DNA of 62,391 bases, counting the filler, from Sluysia triapertura (Eukaryota): NCBI GenBank assembly GCA_046118255.1. It is 5 parts of 5 records of this genome, joined end to end, with 100 filler letters (N's around TTAATTAATTAA, not from the genome) between each part and the next. Parts side by side here need not be neighbours in the genome. Positions count along the whole stretch, not along the records: positions 12,785 to 25,861 come from JBJNIA010061536.1; positions 25,962 to 37,917 come from JBJNIA010152827.1; 3 more parts are not named here. The stretch is one strand, 5' to 3'. This document shows positions 12,863 through 27,224 of the stretch, piece after piece; position 1 is the first letter of the stretch; each line of letters opens with the position of its first letter. The position numbers and the translations under genes are program-made. Below the pieces are notes generated by a model. That model searched no databases, had not been told where the DNA came from, and worked only from the letters and a program-made list of their open reading frames with translations.

Positions 12863-15301
12863 AAAGGCATAGCTGTAACATGAGCATCGGTAATCCAAGT
12901 CCACATCTCACAAATACTTACATTTTAAATTTATTACATATTTTAATTATCATTATATATTTCGAACTTGCTTGGTTGTTTATAATGTTGATACATAACT
13001 CAGCATTATAACGAACAACCTTGCATTGTATACAAATAATTTAATGTATTCTGTCAATAATAATGATTCATTAAATCTATAAATATCCAAATTTACTAGA
13101 TTTAATTTTTATAAAATAATATATGTATATATATTACATAATTAGTGATACTTGTATACTTTTTGTTTGTCTTTTTAAGTAAACTTAAAATAAGAGATTA
13201 CTTTATAATTAAGCAAAATATTAATTTAAATAATTATTAATAATGATAATGGTTTAGAGCATAAATAATATTTTGCATGCAACGGCATTGAAGAAACGGA
13301 GTAATATTTTTAATAAAATTTTTTTATGTTATTAATATAATTTTTAAATCAAAAAAATATTTAATAATTTATTTAACTTAATTCATAAAAACATTCTTTT
13401 TGTTTTGTTGATATTTGCATATATAATCAGGTTATAATGAGGTTACTATTTCTACGAATTGAAAGTATACAGTCATTTGGTGATCTCAATAATTATATTG
13501 TAAAAGGAATAAGTGGTTTGCTTGTTTAGTATCTCGAGGTACAGGCTTTAATGCCTGTTTTGAAGATGGTGGACCCAAATTTAGAGGCAGCTAATTGATA
13601 ACTTTAGTGTCACCCTATCCGCGATTTTTTGAAGTCTTAAGAAGCCGGACAAGATGTGGATGGTTGCCACATGAACTTTCTAATGACAAATCCGATTTGT
13701 AGGAATATTGAAACTGTAAATAATTAAATTTTTATTGTAGAATTTAAATTTTATTTGTAAATAATTAAAATAATTATTAAAAATATAATTATTTAATAAA
13801 ATGGATAAAAGGAAATGAATATTAAATTAAGAATAATATTATACTAACATTGGTTTATGAATGAAATTAAATATTTAGCATTAATAACAACAAATGGTGA
13901 AATTCCATTAATCGATTAAGATAATGGATTTTAAATGTTCTAATGGATTCGTTAAAATAAATATTTTAAAAAGAAAGTAAATATTTTAAATGACTAAGAT
14001 AATGCATTGTTAATTTATTATAAGTATAATAAAAAATTTTAGAAGATACACAACACAAAACACTCGACAAATTCAAGATAAAAAATTTAATTTTTACTTC
14101 GACTATAATAAATACACGGACAGTTCAAGTCTCCAGATTTCATTCAAAAATATATTACGATTAATAAATCAAGTAGTAAGTTTAATTTCTGTAAGGTTTC
14201 TCTCGATTTCGCGGGAGTTATAAACTATCACTTAAATTATTTTAATTGGTCATTGACCAATTATACAATCTCTCTAAAATTAAAGTAAAGAATAAATAAA
14301 GCCGATACGACTTTATAAATGTTTATTATTATTATTATCATTATTATTATTATCATTGTTCGTAAAATCTTGAATATTTGATTAACATCTTATTTTTGAT
14401 TTGAATTTTTGAATATTTTGGTTTAAATTTGTAATTATTTGTCTAATTAGTTATTTGAATTATTAATTTGATTAAATAAACTTTAGTATTATTTTAGTTA
14501 TCTTTCTTATCTAAAGCGAAGTGAGAAAAATAATTGAGAAAGAGTTTGTCTAAGTTAAAATCCTTTACGAACTAGTTATAAGACAGAAGATACAAGTGCA
14601 CCAAAGAAGACATAACATCTAGACCCTCTAATTTCAAAGCTTGTTAGTTATCTTCGATTAATTAACTTTTCTGCAGGTACGCCTCTGTAAGATGTGTACT
14701 ATTGATGGACTCTTTTTTTAAGAAGAGAAGTCATTTTACAAAGTTAACTTGTAAAACAACAGATTGTTCACCGAATTTCTTCAGATGAATGAACAAATGC
14801 GGTTCTTAAAAATTATCTTGACTACTTTTAAACATGTCAAAAGGAATTACACACCAAAAGTTCTTTGGTGAGATATAATTCATCATATTTATTCAACTAA
14901 TTTATTATGTTTATTTATGTAAGATCGTATGGAATTTGAAGTTTCAAAAGAAAGCCAAAGAAATTTTAAGAGTATAAAGAAATAAATAAAAGGAATATAA
15001 ACATATTTGATACAAAAGACAAGCAGAAAAACTTTAATCATAATGCTATAAAATAAAAAATTTAAAAAGAACTAAAAATTTTTAAAAAGCACTTATGAAC
15101 TATAAACTAAATTAATTCCCAAATACTATACAAATTATTATATTAAAAATTACATATGTTAAATTAAATTTGTAGTACAAAAATAATTATAAAGAATTTA
15201 TTGAATAGAATAGTTATTATAGAATAACTATAGAATTTATTAATATTGAAATTTAAAGTAAAATGGGAACTACTGAAATAAATAGTTTTTGCTTTTGAGC
15301 C

Positions 15302-15411
15302 CGGCGTCGTGAATGTTTGGCGTGTCTACCTTTTCACTTTTCGATAAGGTGTTGCACTATGCTTAATAAATAATACTGATAAGGTAGACATGCCATACAT
15401 TTGCGAAACTG
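15302..15411. mobile_element. Small hairpin MITE (about 31-bp imperfect TIRs, CAGT-like end, possibly hAT)
   Basis: aatgtttggcgtgtctacctt versus aaggtagacatgccatacatt is a 19/21 inverted match, extendable to cggcgtcg / cgaaactg. Confidence 0.55.
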
Positions 15412-16600
15412 ATACGTTGTATATAAGCTACATTGGTATTTGAAGAATTATTATGAAATTAATTTATAGCATAAGTAAATTAATATTAGAATATGGAAAT
15501 AAATAGTATTGGGATTTAATATTGCAACCAGTATATAAAGACCAACAAATTGCACTATATTAGCACAATTATTATCATGTTTGAAGACTTGTAACAATTC
15601 TATTGAAGACTATTTGTAGGTTTCTTGAATTTAAACTTTAAATTACATTTAATTTAATTGAAAAGTGTAGGGAAATCTTACCAAAATATCCGTGCTGCAT
15701 CACATAAAAACATCTCATACATACATAAAACTTTAAACAAATTACTTGACTCATTCAAAAATAAACCTAGTCATTGTATATAATTATCATGAACTGTAGT
15801 TATTGTTATTATAAATCCATTCGTATTAAAATATATAATAATTATTATCATAATTTTTATAAAAACATCACAATATCATCAAATCATCATATTAAAATAT
15901 ACTTGTAACATTGTTATCATAATTATTTCTTTTATTTTTGCCATAAACCTTTCTTATTTTCTTTTGTTTATCCGAATTTGTATATATCTATGTATATATC
16001 CATTGCTCACGAATGCAAAGAAGTATTAAATATTAAATATAAATAATTTAGTAATTTATCCAGCTCGAAAAAATGAATTTATAATTGATGATGACAATTG
16101 TTTGGTTTATCGAGTGATCGTTTGTATTCAATAGTTCGGGATTTAAATACCATACAAATTCAAAAGCGAATAAAAAATAAAGATAAGAAAAGTAATAAAA
16201 CTATCGATAAAATGTTAATATCACAAGAATATTCAACAATAATAACAGGTTGTTGTTCATTGAATCCTTGCAACACTTAGACAACTTAAGTGGTGATTTT
16301 AGTTGAATAGAGTTACAAGTGGCAACACTCATCAGATGGACAATATCTAATTCATCATAATTACGATGAAAAAAAAGTCATCGGGGTATCTTATAAGGAA
16401 ATATTTTGGTCAAAAATCCAATATCAAAAGTGAATATACAACCAAAGTATGCTATCTAAACTGTTTATGTAGAAAAAACTGTGGTGCTTTTGTTTGGTAC
16501 TTTCGCGAAAATAATAAAATTAAAATATACATTAATGTATGTATTAATAATCAACATTAAAATTAAAAATTAAATGTGACATATTGATTGGTATATAAAA

Positions 16601-16982
16601 ATGATACTTTCAAATAAAAATAAGAGATACAATGATGAATGTCAATATTCTCCTAATTTGTCGAAATTTAGTCAGAGATATACTACTTATACGTACCAAT
16701 ATGTTCTTCTGGATGAGGCACTCCAATCAGATGAAGATTTATTTAATAAAATTATGGGAAAATCGTCTTTTCATAAAAGATCAAGTAATCATATCAGTAA
16801 TGTATTTTCAGATAGTATTTTTATCATGCAATAAATGCTTAATTACGATGAAAATGTCTTTAAAACTTTTTGATGCTGCATACAAATGCATGGAATGTGA
16901 ATGGTTAGATCAAAGACTTCAGTTAAATGGGTTCATACATGGATTTAGAGATATTTCGTTTTCACGAGCTAGTTTTATCTAA
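16601..16982 (+). pseudogene. Decayed orphan coding segment (two overlapping frames)
   Basis: ORFs 16601-16834 and 16632-16982 look like one frameshifted reading frame. No recognisable domain. Confidence 0.3.
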
Positions 16983-17916
16983 GGAATGCTTTTATTAAGG
17001 TGGTTATTGAATTTATGACATTTTATCATACTCAATGAAAATTTATTAAGATTAGAAGCAATTAATTTATTATTATTAATTTACAAATTGTTATTTTATT
17101 AAACTTTATCTACTCAAAATAGTGAGTACTATTTCCTATTATTTTTTTCATCACTATTGCGATTACCATTACTGTTCTTACTATTATCACTACCAGTATC
17201 ACGGTTGCTTCGATACCTGAAAATAAAAAGAATAAAAAAATATGTATAGTAGAATCGATTTTTTAAAAATCATATGTGTAAATCTCGTTTAAAAATTAGA
17301 TTTATGATTACAGTAATAGCTCAAAATTTGGTAGGCTATTATTTTGTATGGAAACTTTCTTACTAATTATATAAACGTGATTCGGTACCAGCAAACAAAT
17401 TAGATCTGGAAATTACTTATATGCATTTTCTTCGAAATTCCTGTTTAATATCTAGCTTATAGAACACTGCTTATATTTTCAATGTTTTTTGATATAATAT
17501 CAACCACTAAAGTTAATGCAGAACTCAATATACTTATAACTGGAACATCATGTCAACATATATTTATATCATGTATTATAGTTGTTATATCATGTTATTA
17601 GTTGTTGCTTGGAATTCAAATATTGATAAAAGAATCATTTAATGCTTTTAGTTTTGCTTCGTGTATGGTTGAAAATTTCTACAATGAAATTACATCTAAA
17701 TACAATGTTAATAATTTAAAGTTGTCTCTCAAATTTATAATCCTGGCCAGTTTTACAGTATTATCGACAAATGGGAAATGTGTAGCAGATGATAACTTTG
17801 ATTTAACTGTTAGCTTCATATTTTATTTTTTAAATATAGTTTCGTAATGTTGCACTACTTGTATCAAGAGTACGAAGGATATAATCGAATATGAACATTT
17901 AATAGTGCTTGATTGT

Positions 17917-18330
17917 TGTGGTGGTCAACCTTCACTATTAGTAAAATTTATAAAAAATAATTCTTTAACACTCTAATATTCACATATTTATCTCCTCTAC
18001 ACTCACTAAAACAGTTCATCTGCCAGAATCAAGCCATATCTACAATATCATAACATACAAACCATATTTACATTCAATATCATCAATTTACATCAACAGA
18101 TCCATCAAAAATATTTTACTCGACAATCATAACAATCAAACTACAACCACATTCGTAATTAGCCACCCGACACCTTCGAATCAATTTCAACATTTTAAGT
18201 TCATCATTTGTCATAACATAATCCCTAACAGCACAAAGACAATACCACTTAAAAATAGAAAGAGAACAATCACATTATCAACATTGTAAAATAACCTTTC
18301 GAATATACTAAGAGTTCTACGATGATTTAT
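17917..18330 (+). mobile_element. Solo-LTR-like repeat, family B (TGTGGTGGCCAACC terminus, G-poor strand)
   Basis: Starts tgtggtggtcaacc. The reverse complement of 17960-18120 aligns with 27640-27790 and 44575-44690. Confidence 0.6.
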
Positions 18331-18620
18331 CTCTTTACTTTACTTAAAGATTTTTAGTTCAAATATGTTCAACAGTTTATGCAGTTTAATAACAATAGTA
18401 ACTATAACATCGTTTCTCTTATTATTATTGTTATTACATTCAATTTAATTATTTTTAGTTCGAATTCAAATTATGTCAGAAATATAAAGAAAAATAAGAG
18501 AAAGATCGTGTGGAATTTACAAGGAATTCAAGTATTCTTTAAATATTTTCTATTTAATTATTGTTATTATTATTAACATTAAACTTTATAATTTGATGTA
18601 ACATTAAAAATGGTATCTAG

Positions 18621-18788
18621 CATCACCAGTGCCGACATTGTTGATTACTCTATATAGATTTATATCAGTACTGATGATGGCTCATCACAATTATTCCATT
18701 CTAATTGTTAATTTCTACTCCTAATATTAGTCGTCCAATCAGTGTTACACTGATAATAGATTCTTCGCCTTCTGATTGGACGACTAAT
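18621..18788 (+). promoter_or_regulatory. Bipartite palindromic upstream module, copy 1
   Basis: Inverted repeat catcaccagtgccgacat / atatcagtactgatgatg (14/18), then tcatcaca, then a perfect 17-bp inverted repeat attagtcgtccaatcag / ctgattggacgactaat. The ATG lies about 115 bp downstream. Confidence 0.6.
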
Positions 18789-18903
18789 CAGATCAATCTA
18801 CACAAAAATTTTCAAAATTAATTTTTAAAGTTTCATAATTATTATAACGTGTAGAAAAATTATAAAAATTTAGTGCAAAACAAGTAAATAAACGTTTAAC
18901 CAA

Positions 18904-19996
18904 ATGAATAAAAATTCAAAATGTAAATTAAAGTTTGATTCTGAGATTGAATTAATTACATCAATTCGACAATCAGTAAATGAAACTAAAAAGCTATTTG
19001 AAGCACAATATGATTCTAATCGCCAAATATCAGGTATCTTAATGAAGTTTTCTTTAGTATCAACTGAGAATAGCAGCAAATTAATTAGTTCAATAGTTGG
19101 TAATTCAGATGAAAAATTCAAACGTGTCATTCTTGAGTGTATAAAACGATGTTATTTAATTCGCGTACGCGATTCAGGATACGTAGTTCCAGTTTTAGAT
19201 TGGATAAGAAGTTTGTTTCAAATTTATAATTTTCAATCCAATTTATAATTTATAATCCAATTTATACATATAGTGAGCGTTTATTAATTTTCAAAAAACA
19301 AGTTCAGTCGCTAATAACGAACGTTTTAACAAGATATATTATATTTTCCGATACTCATTTACTTTTAGAGTATACGTTTAAGGAGAAAAAGTAAAATGTC
19401 AAATGAATAATATGAATGAATCTATGATTCTCTTAATGGATTTTCTGAAAGACTATGGTCGTATTAATGAGAGTATCGCCATTTCATTTAATATGTTGAT
19501 GACTGCTTATAGTAAAGATAATTTGAAATTTGTAGCACAATATAAAGTTCTACTACATGTTACAGTATTATTAAGGTATTTTACATCTTTTCATAATGAT
19601 CCAACAATAAAGTTTTATGGTCACTTACCTCATTTTGTGTTAAATACGAAAGAAATAAATGTTCATAGTGACTCTGCTCATCATGTGATAAGTTATCTCA
19701 TCCATCTTATCAATGATAATATGATTTTTAATTTTACATTTACATTAATTGATCGAATTTTCAGAGATGTTCTCAAGTTATTAGATTTACCAAATGTTTT
19801 AAATTATAAAATAAACATCGTCTATAAAATGTCAAAAAAAGATAAATCGAATAAAACTACTGATATGATAATGTTATTAGTTATGGGTTTACAAACGTTT
19901 GTACGAGTATTTGTAGAGGCGTCGATGACATCACGACCCATGAATTGTATAATATGGATACAATACTTATGCGAAAATTATCCAAGCGCGATATAA
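18904..19996 (+). pseudogene. Orphan gene or pseudogene (114-aa and 197-aa ORFs linked by an open 45-codon stretch in another frame)
   Basis: Long ORFs in about 75% AT DNA. The first break coincides with a 19-nt tandem duplication (aatttataattttcaatcc / aatttataatttataatcc). No recognisable domain, and introns are not excluded. Confidence 0.5.
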
Positions 19997-20508
19997 CAGA
20001 TGTTTTTGCTCTACTAGAAATTATTCATCCCAAAATAATATCAAAGTCAATTCTATAAATATTACATACACAGACTGCTTGCAGTTACAAGACCAAAATA
20101 TAATGGCGTCGACTTTACAGGTCCTGCAGCATCCTCATAACGTAATTAATTCTTTTCACTACTTTGTTTATAACTTAAATTTTCATTTTATTTTAGACTC
20201 TAAACTGCAGGAATGGGTTTGTGGCGTTCGTAGAACAAAAATAACAAAAATTAAAATTGTTTAATGTAATAGTGTATATTAAAAATATAATCATCAACTT
20301 CTTTTTAATTGTTGTCCTTAATCTGTTAACGAGAAACGTAGTAATAAATTAAAGATTAACATTCATAAAGAATTTATAAAGAAATTCATATTCAATAATT
20401 TAAATAAATTTTATTTTGATATTAAATTGAAATTTAAAAAGAATTTATGTCGTTTTATTATTATTTATTTTATTATACGTGCTATTATACATTTTATTAT
20501 ACATACAC

Positions 20509-20693
20509 GTAATTGGTGGTACACGTAATAGTAGTTATGATGATGAACAAAATGCTTACATAAATGGTTGTCATGATCAGATAGCTTATCGTTTTGAAGT
20601 AGTAAAATCTTTAGTTAAAGGTAGTTTTAGTCAAGTTTAAAGGCTTATGATCACAAATGTAATTCTTACGTTGCATTAAAATGGATACGTAAT
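20509..20693 (+). pseudogene. DYRK2/3/4 (class II DYRK) kinase pseudogene fragment
   Basis: VIGGTRNSSYDDEQNAYINGCHDQIAYRFEVVKSLVKGSFSQV/KAYDHKCNSYVALKWIRN matches the DYRK DH-box plus subdomains I-II (YDDDQGSY...[29 protein letters not shown]...VALKMVRN). It has a frameshift and has lost two Gly-loop glycines. Confidence 0.85.
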
Positions 20694-22444
20694 TATGTCG
20701 TTTTATTGTACATGCTATCGAAAACGATTAATGTTTCAATTTATGATTACAAATGTTTACCATTCTTTCAAATTAACTTTCTCTTGTTTTGTATCACAAG
20801 GCTTAGTTTTAATTTACTAATAAATATTTTTCACATATCATACAGATTCATATTATTCGCTGCACGTTTATTATGGCTAGAGACGTTTTTAGCCGATATA
20901 TAATCAAGGTTAAATTTACAATTTACACTGATTAAGTTTAATAGTGTTAATACTACAGTAGAATATTAGTTAATGAATTTACTATGAACCATTTAAATGG
21001 TTCTGAAATCTCTTTTAAAAAATATTTTAAGTTTAAATTGCAACGTACTAAATGTAAACAACCTTAATAAAAATATACTGACGATTTTACAAATTATGAA
21101 AGGGTTTTTTCTTGTAATATGAAGTTTTTCTAACTGATAACTAAAATTATCTCGCCAATTACCATAAATATAATATAATTGAAATTATATTGCGTTTATA
21201 TACTCATTTCATTTTAGCCTTGACAAAACAAATTTAAACAAATTTGATTATACTTTCATGACATTTTAAATAAAATATTATTAAAAATAAAATTCAAATA
21301 AAAATTATAAAATTACTTACATTTAATCAAAATTCCGTAATCAATTAAATTATAATATACTTATTTGTCTTACAAAATCTATAAATTCTAATAAAAATTA
21401 TTTACACACATATTTACATAAATACATATTTACACACATTTCAAATGTAGTGTAAAAGTTCAAATAATTTACTCACATTTAAGTGTTCTGCCAAAGTTCA
21501 CACAATGTTTTCAATTTCCTGAAAATGTTGAAATTTTATAACATACAAAACATCTTTAAAAGCATGAAGTCCACATTTCCCAACAAAAAATAGAACGATA
21601 AAATATTAAACCAGTGTCATATAATAATATGTTAAAGTTTGGAATATTATTAACTACAACCTAATATTATCATTTCCAACCTAGTATAATATTCAGATCA
21701 TAAAATATATTACTTTCAAAAATATCACATTGATATTCCCTTCAAAATTAATGCTTGACTTATCAAAGTACGAATGCCTTATCTAATTTTAAATATGTGC
21801 AAAAGGAACATTAATCTGGGGTTCGCCTAGAAGATTATGATCTACCGGTGAACACCCCTTTAAGATTTTATCAAATTTTATAAATTTTAACTTGATGATC
21901 CTAAACGGGACATGTACCTTTGCCAGTTTATCAACTATATGTAACTGGGCACGCGATTATATTATTTTCCAAAAAATGATCTCGAAACTCTTTGGAACAC
22001 AAAATTTTTATTCTAAACAAAATGCACTATAAAGTAAACTACAATGTGAAGCATAATTTTACATATTATTTTTACATATAATATTTTACATATAATAAAA
22101 ATAAAAATTTGATAATAAGCAATCTTAATATTGAATGAGAAGATTTTAGTGAAATTTTATCGGTAACGTTAAGGTACGTCAAAGGGCAAAAATGATTTTA
22201 AGACTAGTTTAGAGCTTGCTTTTAAAAAGCTTATAGTTTAATAATAAACTTATGAATTTTAAACCACAGTGTATCCGAGAAAACTCGATTAGGTTCCTTG
22301 TGATCGATTTGTAATAATGTCTGTCAAATTAGATATTTTGATGAAGATCATTTCGCTTGGTTTTATAGTTTTTTTAATATTGATATTGTGAGAATTTTAA
22401 AAACTTTTAATTTTATTTATATATTTATTTAATGATGAGTTTAT

Positions 22445-22580
22445 GTAAGTTCTCTACGATACCGGGCTTACACACTTAAGGGCCGATACGTAAATGTCAG
22501 CGTAAAAGAGTATTGGAGGTTTTTAGGAGGTCAAATATATTTTTCAAGGAATGTCCGCTAATATTAGCTAGATTATATGT
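22445..22580. repeat. Dispersed repeat (second copy at 23675-23790)
   Basis: tacgataccgggcttacacacttaagggccgatacgtaa versus tacgatataaggtttactcacttaagggctaatatgtaa. Both are followed by ttggaggttt and c(g/a)ctaat. Confidence 0.45.
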
Positions 22581-25500
22581 TTTAAACAGTTTATGTGATA
22601 TAAAAGATCTATTAACGAAATTTAGATTTATTACAATAACTCTTTTATTAAAACTTCAGATTTTATTTTAAGTTGTAACTATATAAGTTATCCTTATTCG
22701 TTCGTCAAAGTTAATAGAATTCTAGAATAATTGAACAATCATATACGAAATTTGTAGGAAAAGACTGTTAAAACGTTAACGAAGAATTTGTTTATTTTTT
22801 CAACCATTGAAATATTTCCGCTTACTTAACGTTAAATCGATGTCTTTAATTCTTTATTTCTCTTATTAACTCAATAAGTTTAGGTTATGCAAGTAATTAA
22901 AGAAAACTCGTTTAAATATATATTATATGTAGCTTTAATTAAAAAATTATACAGTACAAATAATTAACATACAGTTGTAATTAATCAAAAATTCGGTTAT
23001 TCAAAGATGTAGATTAAAAAAACAATGATCAATTATATTCGTTATTAATAAATTTAAGTATTATTATGTTTTATAATAATAGACCTCTTTAATGTTACTG
23101 AACTTTATTTAAGTAATTAAAATTTAATTTAATGTATTAAAAGTTTAGCTAAAATATATCTTAGTAATTCATATAAACTAACGTGGCTAATTCGAAAATA
23201 GTAATGTAATTAAGAAGTAAATTTTCTTGTAAAAAGATTTTTTCGTTAAATTATTTTTATTTGTTAAATAAAGAACTTATAAACTCGAAGTAAATGAGTC
23301 AAATAAACTGTTAAAAATCAAATTATTATTATTTTGTGTGAAGTATATGATTTAAAGTAACTAATTATTTATGTAAAATGAGTGTACGTTATTTATAGTT
23401 ATTTTTCTTTTAAGGTCATTTGACATTTAATGTACTAGTAAATATAATTTATAAATTGATTATTAATTTATAAATTATTAATTAATACTTTTAATAATAT
23501 TGTAGTAAATTTAATCATACAATAATAATAGTAAGTAATAATAATGATTAGAATAACAACCATTTTTCTTAAAATATTTTAATTACTTAACTTTTCCAAA
23601 ATATATTTACATAATACATTAATTACATTTAATGTGCAAAGATTTAAAAACTTTAATTTAATTGTTTTATTTAGATTTTGCGTGAATCCCTTACGATATA
23701 AGGTTTACTCACTTAAGGGCTAATATGTAAGTTGTGTATAAGATTTCTTGGAGGTTTATAAAAAGATGCCACTAATCTAGCTGAAAGAGCTTTAATTTAT
23801 TTTTGTCTTCTTGCAATGACAATTTATAGCTATATAATTTACATCAGATCTCCGAAAAGTAATTTAAGTAATATGTAAAACTTTGATTTTATGATTAAAA
23901 TGTCTTAAATGGGTAAGGATTTTAGATATACTTTAAAACTATGAAATTTTATGATTGCCGTGTAAGAAACAATGATTTTATAACGATAAGAATAGGATGA
24001 ACAATGTAAAGATATATTATCAAAATTTTAAGTATTAAATATATGAATATAATAAAAATTTATACAATTTTCAAAAATTATACAAAAGGTAATAATTTTT
24101 TCGTTAAAGTATTTTATGAAGTGTTTTTATTCAACACTTTAAACGGTTGAAGTTGAAAAAAATTAAATAATTTACGTCTATTTTGCAACTAATAAAATTA
24201 GACTCCTTAATGAAGAAACTGACTAACAGATACTTAGAATATAAATTCGTGGATTTGAAAGAGAATTTGGTTGAGAAAAAATAATTTGCTTTGTCCAAAA
24301 TTTTAGATATATATGAGTGAATTTAACTCTTACCGAGAACTTGTTTAGACGTACAAGAATTATGTGTAAAAATTGTGAAAGAATTGTAAAAGATATGCCA
24401 TTTCATGTTAACACTTTCAGATACAAAGAATAATATCTTCTTTTATTCTTCAGTGTAGAGCTTTTCCAAAAATATCACCTTAATCTAAAATTTTTTTTAC
24501 AAAATTTAGTTAATTAAGAAATGCACTTTTACCATTTTCATATTTTTACATATTTTACATATTTTTACAGCATTTTAAATATGCTAGGTAAAAGCATCAT
24601 ACATAAATGACAAGGTCTTATTATCAAATATCTTGTTGGACGCGATTTATTCGATTATCATCTTTATAACAACTACTGTCATTATTATTTCCATCATCAT
24701 TATTAATATTGTTAATACTCGTACAATCAACTACTATTATTAATTTTTAATATTAATAATTTTACTATTAATTTCATAATTTCCATAAATTTTATTATCA
24801 TTTTTTATTAAATTAATTTTTATTATTAATTTAATTTTAACAAATAAATCAAGTCCTTCTAGGCTTTTAACCGAATATTTTATACATCCTAATTCTTAAG
24901 AATCCTAACAATATATTATTATTTTTTATAGTAGGAAAATGATTTTCTCAAACAAAATTAATATATGAACACAAACTATAGAAACACAATATCAAAATAT
25001 CTTTCATTTAACACAGTAAATAGTTTCCTAAAAAATACCGGGGTCTGAAAACAGACAATGCATAATCGTGTTTATATATAAATAAGTTATTAATGTAAAA
25101 TAGACGCGAAATCGTAGTATTTAACCTAATTTTTCAATGTTTATAATGTTATTAGATGATATCCGGATACCAGTTAAATAATTATAATGAAATCGAAATG
25201 AATTCCGTAATTTTCTTACCTGCAATAGTTTAATTAAGAAAAACTTTCATTCAAGAAACTATAGCACCTTAATAAGTGTAGAGAAGGCAACGTCTTTTCT
25301 TTAAGACCTAATTGAACGTTCAAATGGATTTGCCTGGGTTCACTTACGTTCCACGATTTATGCTTAATGCGACATGTACGTAAGATTTGCTATACGTATG
25401 CCTTAGAGTCTATATAATAATCCTCTTTTTAACTTCTATTACTAATTATTCTTTTACAATAATTTGACTTATCCTGCTAATACCCTCAGTCTTATGATTT

Positions 25501-25961
25501 AACTTCTTTGAAACAACCTATATAAGAGACATTATTAACGTACTCGTATTTCTATAATGAAATTATGAATTCTTATATATTTATTAACTTTACTTATTTA
25601 TCCTTTCTTTATTAATTTCTTGTTGGCGTTTTTCATTTTAAAATCTATAATAACAATCACTATTTATTTTATTTTGAATTCTTTATATCTGAATTTTAAT
25701 TAATAATAAACTTCTTTTTAACGTCTTTATATCCTTAACTTGTTATCAAACACAAAATTCACTTTACAACCTCAATTTTTATTGTATGACAAGGCAAAAA
25801 TTATCTTGTAGCTTTATATCTTTAACTAATTATGAAATACAAGATTCACTGTGTAAGACAANNNNNNNNNNNNNNNNNNNNNNNNNNNNNNNNNNNNNNN
25901 NNNNNTTAATTAATTAANNNNNNNNNNNNNNNNNNNNNNNNNNNNNNNNNNNNNNNNNNNN

Positions 25962-26048
25962 TGTTTTATGTTTGAAGGGTGTGATGAGTGATGTTGTTTT
26001 ATGTGATAAATTTTATTTTATTTTTAAGTTAAGGGGTTGGCCACTACA
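25962..26048 (-). mobile_element. Family B LTR-like end (young subfamily, runs into gap)
   Basis: Reverse complement tgtagtggccaaccccttaac...cactcatcacacccttcaa closely matches 37763-37850. Confidence 0.65.
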
Positions 26049-26625
26049 AGCATGTTCTTTATTGTTGTTAACTACATCATCAATACCTTTTTTCTTCTTA
26101 GCTTGCATAACATCATCTTCAACACTGTTACCTTTGTCATTATCAGGTTTATCACTAATAGCTTCATAATTTTCGTCTTCAACATTGTTGACTTCGCCGC
26201 TATCATCTTCGGGATTATTAGTTCGAAAATCATCGTCTCTAGTATTGTTAATCGCGTTATGCTGATCTTCATAATAATAAGCTTGAAAGTTTTCATATTT
26301 AAGATCATTAACTTTATTTTGATAATCTTTAGCATTAATAACTTGGAACTTATCATCTTTACTATCGTTAGTCATGTTATACTTATCTTCGTCATTATAT
26401 ACTTGGAGATTTTCATAATTGAAGTCATTAACCTTATTCTGATCATCTTTAGCATTAATAACTTGTAAATTATGATCTTTACTATTGTTAGTCACATACT
26501 TATCTTCATTATTATATATTTGGAAGTTTTCATAATTGAGATCATAATTGAGACCTTGTTCTGATCATCTTTAGCATTAATAGTTGTAACATAAAACTGT
26601 TTATAGCCGCCACACTGCATGAACA
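26013..26625 (-). pseudogene. Asp/Asn-rich tandem-repeat protein, frameshifted at the 5' end and truncated by a family B element
   Basis: 160-aa ORF with roughly 11-aa subunits in a roughly 41-aa higher-order repeat (INAKDDQNKVNDFNYENLQVYNDEDKY). The repeat continues upstream across an indel at a tctcaattatga duplication. The C-terminal CSGQPLNLKIK is read from the LTR end. Confidence 0.6.
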
Positions 26626-26767
26626 TAATCAAAATCCAAGACCAATTTTATAACTGTTGTCAAACTATTGGCAAGATTATTTTTTGTAATTACACAATTT
26701 CTTCTCTTTATTTTATTGCTATTGATTTTTTAAAAGTGAGAAAAATTTTTTAGTTAAGTGTTCATTG

Positions 26768-26933
26768 ATTAGTCATCCAACCAGAAGCATTTACAAGAAA
26801 ACACAGTGATACTTGCTCTGATTGGATGGTCAATAAGAACACATAATCAATATTCATTAAAATAATGACAAACCACTATCAGTGGTGACAGCGATTAGAA
26901 ATGTAGTTTAATGAAATAGCCACTGATAGTGGT
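26768..26933 (-). promoter_or_regulatory. Bipartite palindromic upstream module, copy 2
   Basis: attagtcatccaaccaga / tctgattggatggtcaat inverted repeat and a perfect 14-bp inverted repeat accactatcagtgg / ccactgatagtggt. Confidence 0.6.
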
Positions 26934-27166
26934 AGTTACTGAATAAAACGGTTAAAATAGATTGACAATAATGATAATGATAATAATAATAACAATATAG
27001 TGTTATTATTATAAAATCACATAGTTTTCGTTTTCTTTAAAATTAACACGATCTTTTTTAACTTGTTTATTTTCTCGACATATTTAGAATTTAGGAATAC
27101 AAGAAATACAATGATAAAGATGAAGATAAAAAATGGTGATAATAATAATAATAAAACCGAAAATGC

Positions 27167-27223
<57 letters not shown>

Positions 27224-27224
27224 C

